From Chiloscyllium plagiosum (lineage: Eukaryota), in assembly GCF_004010195.1 (NCBI RefSeq), contig NC_057752.1, forward strand, positions 4,960,879 to 5,024,878: a DNA stretch of 64,000 nucleotides, in the 5' to 3' direction. Under the pieces are notes generated by a model. The model was not told where the DNA came from and did no database searches. It saw only the letters and a list, made by a program, of their open reading frames with translations. This document shows, piece by piece, positions 27,701-39,700 of this stretch (positions within the stretch are counted from its first letter, which is position 1; every line of letters begins with the position of its first letter). The translations under genes were made by a program, and so were the position numbers.

Positions 27701-30700
27701 ACGGTTTAGCTAGTCTAATTCACTTGTGTTCTTCTAAAGCTTTTGCTGCTGTTTCGTGTAGTATTCTCCAAATTATGATGACTTCATATTTCAGGACATA
27801 GAGAGAAAGCAGGCAATTCATCGTTGCATAGACAATACAACCAACAGCTGCAGGGGCTATTTTTGTTCACTTCTTCATGTTGTTTCAGTTATTCATATGG
27901 TACCTAGTGGTGCCAAGCCTGCATGTTATTTGATAGGGTCAAGTACCATTGGACAGGCAATGACATCTACGTGTGGCTTAAACTTCCTTAGCATCTTGTC
28001 AACATTCTGGACATGTTGTTCCTCTATTAATGAAGAGTGTATGTTGGCACATTTCCGTAGCCACAAATATCTTAGAGCCGTTGCTGAAATGCTCTTCAGT
28101 GAGTTTTGGGTGAAATCAAATTACCCAGCAGATTTTGATTGATTTTGGGCCAGAGTTGTGTTGGGAAACATGAAAAATGCATCACGTTGATGTAATCTGA
28201 GAAAATTATGGCCATCTTTAGAAGGAGATAAGAAATGGGTTGCTTAAAAACTTGCCAATGAAATTTGAAAGGGGGGAAGCAGAGGTTTTTCATCTGAGAG
28301 CCCAGAGCTTGGGGTATAGACCTCCTGAAGGCATGGCTATTAATTGGTGGGGTGAAGTGAAGTCCAGACATACAGGTGGTGAGAATTGGCCCTTCTGTAA
28401 AAAGACCAATAGAACAAAATACTGTCCATAAGTTAGCCTTTTACTTTCAGATCTGACTTTAAAGATTTTTTTTTGGCTTTTTTTTTGTTTTTGAGATGTG
28501 TGGTTGAGGCAGACCAGAAACATTAACAAAAGGTGGCAAAGCGACGCAGAATCTAGTTATATTAACCAAAGAAAAATGGCAATCCCAACTATGTAGCCTG
28601 CCACCCGAGCATGAGGATCCCTATTTGAGAGTTACCTTCAAAATAGTGTATGTTCCTCCTGTATGTAAATGTAAAGAAAAAGGACCTGTCATTTTTTTTA
28701 AAATACTTTTTAAAAAAAAATTGTTTCTGGGATGTGGGTGTTGCTGGCTAAGCCAGCTTTTTCTGCCCATCATTAAATGCTCTGGAGAAGGTGGTGGTGA
28801 GCTGCTGCCTGCAACTGCTGCAGTCTTTTGGGTGGAGGGACACTGTGCTGTTGAGCTTTCTTGGTGCTGTGAGCTTTTCTTTGGTCTGGTGAAGTCATTA
28901 TTAAGACTGGAGAGCTGTAAAGTGGGCTTGGAGGGATGGAGGAAGATCCCTCTTTTCACAGGACAGTGAATATGTTAGTGAGTTTTGAGAAGATTTGTAT
29001 CTCAGTTTGAGGTTCTGGATGTAGGTTTGCTCGCTGAGCTGGAAGGTTCATTTTCAGACATTTCATCACCATACTCGGTAACATCTTCAGTGAGCCTCCG
29101 GATAAAGCGACTTCATGTTACCTAGTATGGTGATGAAATGTCTGAAAACGAACCTTCCAGCTCAGCAAGCAAACCTACAACCAGTGGACATGTGGTAAGG
29201 ACACTAGGTTGGTTTGAGATCAAATAAAGCTTCCAAACAGAACTGAATTGCTGTTTGTTGAGAATGGGGTTTGAAGGTGATGGAGACATAAATGCTTGTT
29301 TTATTTAAGGAAAGGAATTTAGTTGCTCCCATGAGAAGAGGTAGCTATGATGTAATGATCATACATTGTTGATAAAGTGTGGTGCTGGAAAAGCACAGCA
29401 GGTCAGGCAGCATCTGAGGAGCACGAGAGTCAACGTTACGGGCATCACCTTTCTTCAGGAGAAGGGTTTATACCATTAACATTGACTCTTTTGCTACTCT
29501 GATGCAGTCCGACCTCCTGTGCTTTTCCAGCACCACACTTTATCAACTCTGACTCTCCAGCATCCACAGTCCTCACCATCTCCGAATAATTATGCATAGG
29601 CTCTGGATGATGTGAGCTTGACATCAAATGGCCTTTTCTTGATTCAGCCTTTGTGTTCTTAAGACTGTGGAAGGAAATCTGGAATATATTAAATGTTACC
29701 TATCCTTTATAGTCCTTAATTTAAGACTTGAACCAAGATGTGTTTCTCTGACTAACAGTTGAAATCTGGAAGTGAAGCTTTTGAAATCTGTGTAGTGTCA
29801 AGACTCTGACGGCTTGATTAGGCTCAAAGGTGTTACAGACCATCTTCCTAGTTCAACCCTACAAATCCATTGTTGTATATATTTTTCTACCATCAGGAAA
29901 TTGTATATTAATAAGGAAATAAATCCTTGTTGTAAAAATAAAGCAGTGATTCTAACTTATATAATATGAAATTATCTATCTTCTCTAGACAATAATGAAG
30001 ATGCAACAGTCAATCGTATCACGTAAGTTTAACTTCTTGATATACTAAACTCAATCTTCTATTTTCATCTTCTTCCATTAAAACCAGCCATGCTATAAAC
30101 CAGCCGAAAGGAGGAATTATGGGAACTACTGCCTTATACCACAAATTTATAATAATGGCTCTGTGTTGTACTTTAGTCCCAATCGAACTGACGTCTCCAA
30201 AGGCACTAATCATTTGGACTTTGTATGTGATGGTAAAATTAGGAAATTATTGCCGGCTCAGTCCTGCCCTTTGGACAGACACGTATGTCTCAATTCAGAC
30301 AGCCATCCAGCTATTTGGCCACCTTTTTCTTTTGTCTGAATTATTTTTAAGAACATAATAAATATTTATGCCACCCTATTGTACAATATACTGGTTGTGC
30401 CACTAGTAATCTAGAGGATGAGAATTCAGATCCCACTCTAGCAATTCAAGAATATGAATGCACTTTTTTAAAAAAGGATCTGGAAATAAAAATATGATAT
30501 CAGCAGAATTGGCCATGAAGTTGTTGGAGTTTTTTTTTGTGGGGGGGTGTGGGAAACTGGCTTGTCAGTGTTCATTTTATTTGGAAACCAGTCTTTTCTT
30601 AGATAAAAACCAAGAATTGTGCTTGTTGAAATCTGAAATAAAAACAAAGTGCTGGAGAAATTCATCAGGTCTGGCAGGATCTGTAGAGAGAGAAAAACAC

Positions 30701-33700
30701 AGTCAATGGATTTGAAACATCATCAGAATCCTGAGTTTCTCCCTCACCTTCTGTTTTTATCCTTGTTTGGTCTGGGCCTAGAGGTAATTCCAAACCCCGT
30801 CAACATGCAGGTTTGCTGGGCTAAATGGCCTGTTATGATGCTGTGCTATTTTCTGATGCCTGACTAACCTTTTAAGGTGACCTAACAAGCCATTCCATTG
30901 TATTAAACAGCTGCAACAGATCAAGAAAGTCTATCACTTCCTTCTTAGCATAATAAAAAAGCAGGCATTAAGTGTCTGTCCTGTCAAAGATGTCCATACT
31001 CAAAGAATGAATAAAAATTGGCCAAAGCCCTAGACGATATTTTGGAACGTTATTGATTTTTTTTTTCCCCTACTTTTGGCTGACATAACAGCCTTGATTA
31101 TAAGCTAATTATCTTGGTTTCAAAATTTCTCCATTTGAGATGCAATAAATGGTGAAAGTCTTTGAGTTTATTAAATATAAGATAATTACTGTCAATTGCC
31201 TAGAAGTGGAATCAAGATTAGAGTGGTGCTGGAAAAGCACAGCAGGTCAGGCAGCATCCGAGGAGCAGGAGAATCGACATTTCGGGCAAAAGCCCTTCAT
31301 CAGGAATGAATTCTTCTTAGGATATAGTACAGAGGGGGTTGCAGTTCTGAGAGAGTGTGGCCCTCAGTTGAGGCATAGCTGACTGTAGAGAGGTTAGGTG
31401 GCGGCGCATAGCTGTGAGCGTGGAGCGGAGGATCCTGAAGGAGAACCATTGCTGGTGGTTTTGAATTTGTAGTCTGTACTGGTTGTCCTGTTCAGATCCA
31501 AACTGTGCTGGTTTGAATGTCGTCTGGAGTCCATGTGGGCTCAGTTGGTTGCAGAGGCAAGCACTGAAGTGGAACTAGTTCTTCTTTTACTGAACAGCGG
31601 GGAATGTTGGACTTCCCATACAAATAGTCATTAAATATTTTGAATAAGGGGAGGAGAGATAAAGAACTTACATTAATAAAGCATCTTTCACATCTTTTTG
31701 GCTATTAAGCAGTTTGAAAATTTCAATGTTTGCAATGTAGCCACTTGTTTTGTATGTATTTCTGTGTGAATGTCATTAGAGTTTGTGTACCTTGAACTGG
31801 ATCATTGTCTCTGTCTGCTACCATGGTGTTCAGAGGATTATCTACATTGTTTGAAGTGCTGAGGAAGCTTGTTTTAAAAATCTAGTCAAGAGGCATTATT
31901 TACTGAAATATTATACTCTTCTCTCTCTCTCCTCCTCACCCACCCCTATGCTTCCCCTCTCCCACACTTACTATTTATGGAAAGATGCTGCTTTAAAAGC
32001 ACAGAGCCACCTCCCACCATCTGTTGTCCCAATGCATGTGTGATTAACCTGTTGGTAGATTCAGAACACAGGGATTTTTGGTGGCTGTCTGTGCAGTACT
32101 ATTCATATTGATCGAGGTGCAGCTGAAGGCAAGAGAATGGAGGTGCTATGGTCAGCTGCCTTAAGCAATAAAGGACCAAGTTCGCCCTCCTATCTGTGTG
32201 CTACATCTGAGCCATGTGCTAATTGGAAGATGTTGATATGTTGTAATGACATAAATTTGACCTTTTTATTTAAAATAACAGGACACTCATGAGTAATTTT
32301 AATCTTTTTGTAAATAGGTTATGGATGTGTACGTTCACCCTCGCAGTATCTGCTGGGGCTGTCTTCCTTCTTCCGTTTTCAATTATTAGCAACGAGGTCT
32401 TGCTTTCATTGCCGGAAAACTATTATATGCAGTGGTTGAATGGTTCACTTATTCATGGTGAGTAAATGAGAGCTTAAATAACAACATTGTCCATTTTCAG
32501 GTAAAGAATTGAGTTTTATAAAACACTGCTGAGTTTTATTATGTTCGTTACTATAGGGCATCAAGAAAAGAGCTATATTCTTGTTTACCTGGTATCGGCT
32601 TGAACTCCAATTTGAATCACTAATGCAGCTAAAATAATAAATGTGGGTTGTTAGCTTTTTCAAAATTATAGCTGAAAATGTGTTGCTGGAAAAGCGCAGC
32701 AGTTCAGGCAGCATCCATGGAACAGGAGAATTGACGTTTCGGGCATAAGCCCTTCTTCAGGAAAGGCTTATGCCCGAAACGTCGATTCTCCTGTTCCTTG
32801 GATGCTGCCTGAACTGCTGCGCTTTTCCAGCAACACATTTTCAGCTCTGATCTCCAGCATCTGCAGCCCTCACTTTCTTTTCAAAATTATAGTACTGATT
32901 TTTCTGTGCTTCTTAAGAGTGAGTCAGAGCCTATGGGAATGAGCTAAAGTTGCCATCTGGTGGTGAAAGGGAATAACCACAAGCAGCTACAGTTTTGAGG
33001 AAGGGTGGCCATGTTCTCACAATGCTCGGCCTGTTCTGTATCTCAAATCCTGACTCTGGATTTTTATTTCCTTCTCCATCACAATTTCTTTTGTTATTCA
33101 ACAATGAGCATTTTCTCATTCTGTAGTATAGGCATCAAATATGGTATCTAAAATGCTGGCTATAATTAGGGGCGTAAAACCTGCAGGATTGTCTTAGGAG
33201 TACCAGGTATCAAAAGATTAATTCCCAGAGACTGGTGCAAGCAATCTGGGAGAAGAATCACTGGGGAATTAGGGAAAAAGCTTATTTTGCAGTTGGGTTT
33301 TTTTGTTTTAGTTATTAAAAACAAATATTTGGAAATCTGACAGGGGATTGTTTGACTGGTCAAGTCATCAATTTAGCTAACCAAGTCAGTGTGATTTTTA
33401 ATTGATTTGGGAAGACATTGTGTTGGTAGACTGAATGTTTAGCTGATTATACTGAAACCTGTAGAGATACATTCAGTCAGAGCTGGCATTGGATCTGAGA
33501 TTCAATTCCATTTTAAAAGCCTTTGAAATTTTCCATTAGGTCATAGAGATGTACAGCGTGGAAATACCCTTCGGTCCAACTCATCTATGCCGACCAAATA
33601 GCCTAACCTAATCTCCCCATTTGCCATCAATTGGCCCATGTCCCTCCAAACCCTTCCTATTCATATACCTGTCCAAATGCCTTTGAAATGCTGTTATTAT

Positions 33701-36700
33701 ACCAGCCTCCACCACTTCCTCTGGCAGCTCATTCCATACATGCACCACCATCTGTGTGAAAATGTTGCCCCTTAGGTCCCTTTTAAATCTTTTCCATCTC
33801 ATCTTAAACCTATGCCCTAGCTTTGGACTCCTCCACCCTGGGGAAAAGACCTTGTCTATTTATCCTATCCATGTCCCTCATGATTTTATAAATCTCTATG
33901 AAGTCACCCCTCAGCCTCCGACACGTCAGGGAATACAGCCCCAGCCTATTCAGCCTCAAACATCCTTGTAAATCTTTTCTGAACCCTTTCAAGTTCCCAT
34001 TTCGAAGTCTCCAATTGCACAGACTTATTTCCTTAAAGTTATTTTCTTTTATCTTCTAATAGAGTCAGTGTTCCCAATTGCAACTCAATGACTGTTCTGA
34101 TGGAGGTTTCAGATAATTAAGCTTCCTTGATTATCTAGCATCAGCACTAGTTGCAGAACCCAATAATTGTACAGCAGGTGTTAACAGAAATCTCCAGAGA
34201 ATGTAAGTGTCCTGTGTCTCTCCCTGCAGGCCTATGGAATCTTGTTTTTCTCTTCTCCAACATCTCTCTGGTGTTCCTGATGCCTTTTGCGTATTTCTTC
34301 ACTGAATCTGAGGGATTTGCTGGCTCAAAAAAGGTAAGAAGGGATATTGTGGTGTTGCAGAAAGACTGAAAGAGCAGTGGTAAATGAGTGAATGTAATTG
34401 GATTTAAAACCATTACTGGAAAATAGGATGAGAAGGGTTGATTGCTGTATTGCAATATCTACAAGAATGTTGAATATACCAAACCAGCTGGAAGACTGGC
34501 TATGTCTTCCCCTCCAAACTTGACTGAAGTGTAGTCCTGTACTCAATGGCAGGACAGAATTTAGGAAGTGCAGAACATGGGTTGAACGATTGAGGGGTTG
34601 TGGGGAGGCAGTGAATGTATGTTTGTCTTTGTGTGCTGGGCGGAAGCAGCAAAGAGGCAGAAGTTCAATCTTAATGACACATTAATAATTCCTCGTGTTG
34701 CTAAAGTGTAAACTAAGGGAGTTTTTAAAAGGGCTAGGGGATTATCTTTCATTCTGGAAATGTGAAGAGTTTGAGGAGAGTTCCATGCTGTACATCTCTA
34801 TGACTCTATGACCAGATGGGTGCTTTGGTCTAGCTTGATTTGACAGTGTGGTTTAACCATCATGTGTGGTTGATAGTTTTTTTTTTGTCAGGCCTTGAAT
34901 CCATTGATAGTGAAGATTCAATAAACTAATCTCTCTGCATGTAACCTGTTTTTGTTATTTGAGAGCTACTTTGGCAAATTTCAGCGATTTTTAAACTAAT
35001 CCTGGAATTGGCTGATTGATTGATTGATTGATTGATTGATTTATGGCATGTCCTATGGAGATCACAGCGGGTCAGGCAGCATTGACGGAGAGAGAACAAG
35101 CTCATGTTTCGAGTTGGGATGACTCTTCTTCAGGGCTGACATGAAGTGTGGAGGGGCAGCATTTATGTAATAGTTTGGGAGGGCTGTGGGGTTGGTGGGG
35201 TGTGGAGTATTAGGGGAGAAAGGATGCTCAATGTTCAGATTAAGTGGTGGTACTGTGAGAATGGCAGAACAATGGTGTGTCTAACTGGCAGACTGGGAGG
35301 AACAGGTAATCCCACGGGTGGGGGAAGGGGAGAGTGGACATGGTGACAGAGAATGGAACAAGTAAAGCTAAAAGAGAGGGGAGGAATGGGAGCGGCTTCA
35401 CAATTTGAAGGTGTTGAGTTAATATTAAGTCCAGAAGGCTGTAAAGTGCCTCATCTAAAGATGAGATGTTGTTCCTCCAGTTTGCGCTGTGATTCACTGG
35501 AACACTGCGGTATGCCAAGGACAGACACATGTGACATGCGAGCAGGATGCTGGGTTAAAATGACTGGCTATGGCAAGGGCGGGGTCCTGCTTACACACAG
35601 ATTGGAGGTGTTACACAAAGCAGTCATCCAGTCTGAGTTTGGTTTCTCCCTTTGGGTGACTGGGTCAGTTAAACAACTCTCTGCATTGACTGACACTGGT
35701 AGTACAAGCTACTGACATTAAAATAGCTGGGTTTAACATCTCATTTATCTGAGCTGGATTTTCAACTCAAATATGTTAATTGTCATTCTTAATAAATAGG
35801 AACCCAGTCTGAGAGATGGTATTGTCTTTTCCACAGGGAATAATGGCTCGAGTTTATGAAACATTTGTTGTCCTCTTTCTTCTGACCCTCCTGGTACTGG
35901 GGATTGTGTGGGTGGCATCTGCAATCATCAATAATGATGCCGCTAGCAGAGAATCTCTGTATGGTGAGTGTCAAGCAAAAGGCTAAATCGGCTACTCTAT
36001 CTGTTCTCTTTGATGTCTTGAAAACTTCAATCAAAACACTTATTTACTTTCTAAACCCCAAGAAACACCAGCCTCGTTTGTTAAATCTTTCCTTGTAACT
36101 TTACCCCTCTGAGTCAAGGTGTCATTGTAAATCTAGGCCAGTACAGAACGCCTTTAGGTGTGGTAGAATATTCACCTATTCTAGGCATGGTCTAACCAGA
36201 GCATTGTATAACAAAAGGATGAATCCTATCCCTTTTCTATTCTAATCTCTTAGATGCAAAGGTCAGCATTCCATTACCTTTTTGATTAACTTTCAATACC
36301 TGTTCATTTTTAAGGATTATGTATCTGGGCTCCCAAGTCATAGAATCCCTACAGTGTTGAAACAGGCCCTTCGGCACAACATGTCCACACTGACCCTCCA
36401 AAGAGTAACCCACCCATAGCCCAACCCTATTATCCTATATTTACCCCTGACCAATGCACCTAACCTACACATGCCTGACCACTATGGGGCAATCTGGCAT
36501 GGCCAATTCACCTAACCTGCACGTCTTTGGATTGTGGGAGGAAACCAGAGCACCCGGAGGAAACCCATGCAGACACGGAGAGAATGTGCAAACTCCACAC
36601 AGTTGCCCGAGGCTGGAATCCAACCCAGTTCCCTGGCACTGTGAGGCAGCAGTGCTAACCACTGAGCCACTGTGTCACCTCTTTGACCTTCCACTGTTTC

Positions 36701-39700
36701 TAGCCTTTCGTCATTTAGTATTTGCTATGTCTATCCTTTTTGGGTCCAAATTGGGTGACCTCGTATTTGAGGGGAAAGTGAGGACTGCAGATGCTGGAGG
36801 TCAGAGCTGAAAATGTGTTGCTGGAAAGGGCTCATGCCCGAAACGTCGATTCTCTTGCTCCTTGGATGCTGCCTGACCTGATGCGCTTTTCCAGCAACAC
36901 ATTTTCAGCTCTGACCTCGTATTTGCCTACATTGAAATCCATTTGCTACAGTTTTGCACACTTACTTAACCTATCAGTGTCTGTCTGCAAGTAGTGGAGA
37001 TAGAAGCCTAAGGTTACAATGTATCTATCTTTTTGTGCTATCAGCAAATTTGGATTTGTTGCTTTCTATCCCATCATCTGGGACCTCCTGGAGGAGGAGT
37101 GGCAACACATATTGCAATTTGTTTTTTTTAAAATTGTGATGGTATTGGCACTAGAATTGTTGCAGGCTTAGCACAAAATCTGAAGGCTCATTGGATGGGT
37201 TGAATGGTCTCGTTCTGCACTGAAAAAATTCAGGTATTATTTCTGTGCTCCTGTTATCTTGGGATGGAGCTTTATACATCAGGATGTTGCATCTCAGGAA
37301 AGTCAACAATTTGAGAACAAGACCCTTCTCCAGCTATTCATTCTTATTCCGTCTATATTTTAACCTGTGTTCTCTTACACCAACAGATCTGTGGGACTAT
37401 TACCTTCCATACCTCTACTCCTGTATTTCTCTATTTGGAGTTCTGCTTCTCCTCTGTGAGTAACATTTTCTAGTATAAAATAATGGCCTTGGATTGCTGT
37501 TTCTCCTGCTAAATAGCAGCATTTAAAACCATTTTCATGAAATTAAATGAAGCTTCACACAATTGTGTGAAGTTTGCTTAAATAGCCCAGTACTTGAATT
37601 CAAATGGCTTGTAAACTGTGTTCTTGAACAAATGTGAATTTTGGGTTATGTACTTGCATACTATCGATGAATGCAAGGACAAAGCTTAGCATAAATCGAT
37701 TTATTTAACATGAGAAGCAGACAGGGGCTGTTGACTCTACAACCAGAGCTGAACTGATCAAACTTGTCCTGCTTAACTTTCCCCTCTTTAAATTGAGCAT
37801 TGGCACAACAAAGAGAAAATTGAAGTTTGATTTGCTACTTTAAGCAGTCAGTTCTTTGATCTCCAGTGGATTATTGTTTACTACAGTTTTTCTAGAATGA
37901 GTCATGTTACGCAGCATTTCATCATTGTAAAGTCTTTTCATGTCCTTTTTATAAAAAAAAAGGAAATGTTCAGAATGCTTTAGTTTTATTTCTTTTTATT
38001 GCAAAGGTCTTTGATTTCCAGAATTAACTTGTCTCTTTCACTTCACAGTGTGCACTCCTTTTGGCTTGTCCCGCATGTTCACTGTCACTGGGCAACTACT
38101 TGTAAAACCCAGGGTAAGGAATCTTATTCGAAACTTCTCACCATCTAAGGGACTGTTCTATAACTCCAAACTTTCTCTGTTCTTCAGAATAGGCTGGCTC
38201 TTGCTGGAATGCATTTCCTCCAAATCCAGCTGCACCCTGGGGTGTATCTCAAGTTGCAGTTCTTTCTGTGAATGGAGATGATGTCAGTTCGATGTCAGAC
38301 CATAACAGTCAAGTCTAGTTATGTGTGGACAGCTACATTTATCAACAGAGAGCTTGGACAATAACCAGGAGCAGGAACCTATCTGATTTTCATTTCCGTG
38401 TATGAACATTGTAACACTCCCAATTCCACTGACTGAAATGATCTAAATTCCTTAAGAGATAGGAGCAGGAGTAGACCATTTGGCCCCTCAAACCCACTCT
38501 GCTATTCCATAAGATCATGGTTAATCTGCTCCAAGTTTCAACTCCTCTTTTGTGGCAGCTCAGCACAGCCATTAACTCCTTACTATTTCAAAACATTTGT
38601 CCACCTCCTCTTTAAATACTCTGTGATCTAGCCTCCACAACTCTGGGGTAGAGAATTCCAGACATTCCCTACCCTCTGGGAGAAGAAATTCCTTCACATC
38701 TCTCTTATAAATGAGTGTCCCCTTATTCTGCAATGATGTCCCTTCCTCAAGATCCCCCCCAACTAGTGGAAGTATCTTCTCAACATCTACTCTGTCAAGC
38801 CCCCTTCAGAACCATGTATATTTCAATGAGATCATCTTCTCATTCTAATGAAGCAAGGCCTAATCTTTTTAACTGTTCTTGGTAAGGCCATCCCTTCATC
38901 CCAGGAATCAGCCAAGTGAATCTCTTTTGAATTGCTTCCAATGCCAGTGTACCCTTTTTAAAATACAAGAACCAAAACTCTCCACAGTACTGTGGGTACA
39001 GACTCATCAACACCCTGTATAGTTGATACAAGACTTCCCTACTTCTTAAGTTCCAAGCCCCTAGCAATAAGGCCAATGTGCAATTTACCATTTTAATTAC
39101 CTGCTGCACCTGCATGCTAACGCTTTGTGTTTCAAACACAAGTGCATCCATTTGCTGGACTTTTTTTGAGTCTCTCTCAATTTAAATAATTGTCTGCCTT
39201 TTGATTTTTGCTGCAGCAATTAGATAAGCAATGAGTAACCCAAATGTGAGACTTTTTCTTATGTGTCTCATTAGATACCACAAGAATTGCATTTTCAAAT
39301 TCCTTGAGTATTCATGTGTACTTTCATTAATTTAAGGTTTCAGTTATAGCTCATTGGTAATGCTTGCCTCTAAGTTAGAAGGTCAAGGTTCAAGTTCCAC
39401 TTCAGAGCATAGAATCCAGGTTGACACTGGAGTGCTGCTGAAGATGCCACTTTTAGATGAGACATTTTAAATCGAGGCCCCACTTGCCCTCTTTGGGTAC
39501 ACATGAAAAGATGTTATAGCACTCTTTTGAGCAGCAGAAGGCATCAACCAATATTTGCCCTTGAAAAATAATTACAATTTTTCAAAGCAAATCCAACTTA
39601 GTCAAAATTATCTCCCTGCTGTTTGTGGGACCTCTTTGTGAACTAAGTGATTGTTACAACAGTGACTAATTTCAAACTGCTTTCTTTGGCTGTGCAGCCA

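Noticed and set aside
32672..32877. Palindromic mini-elements as DNA-transposon MITEs or miRNA genes
   Set aside because: TSDs are long and variable (10-17 bp), the arms are unequal and truncate at variable points, and they share the hammerhead motif and architecture of the Penelope retroelement. There is no evidence for miRNA processing.
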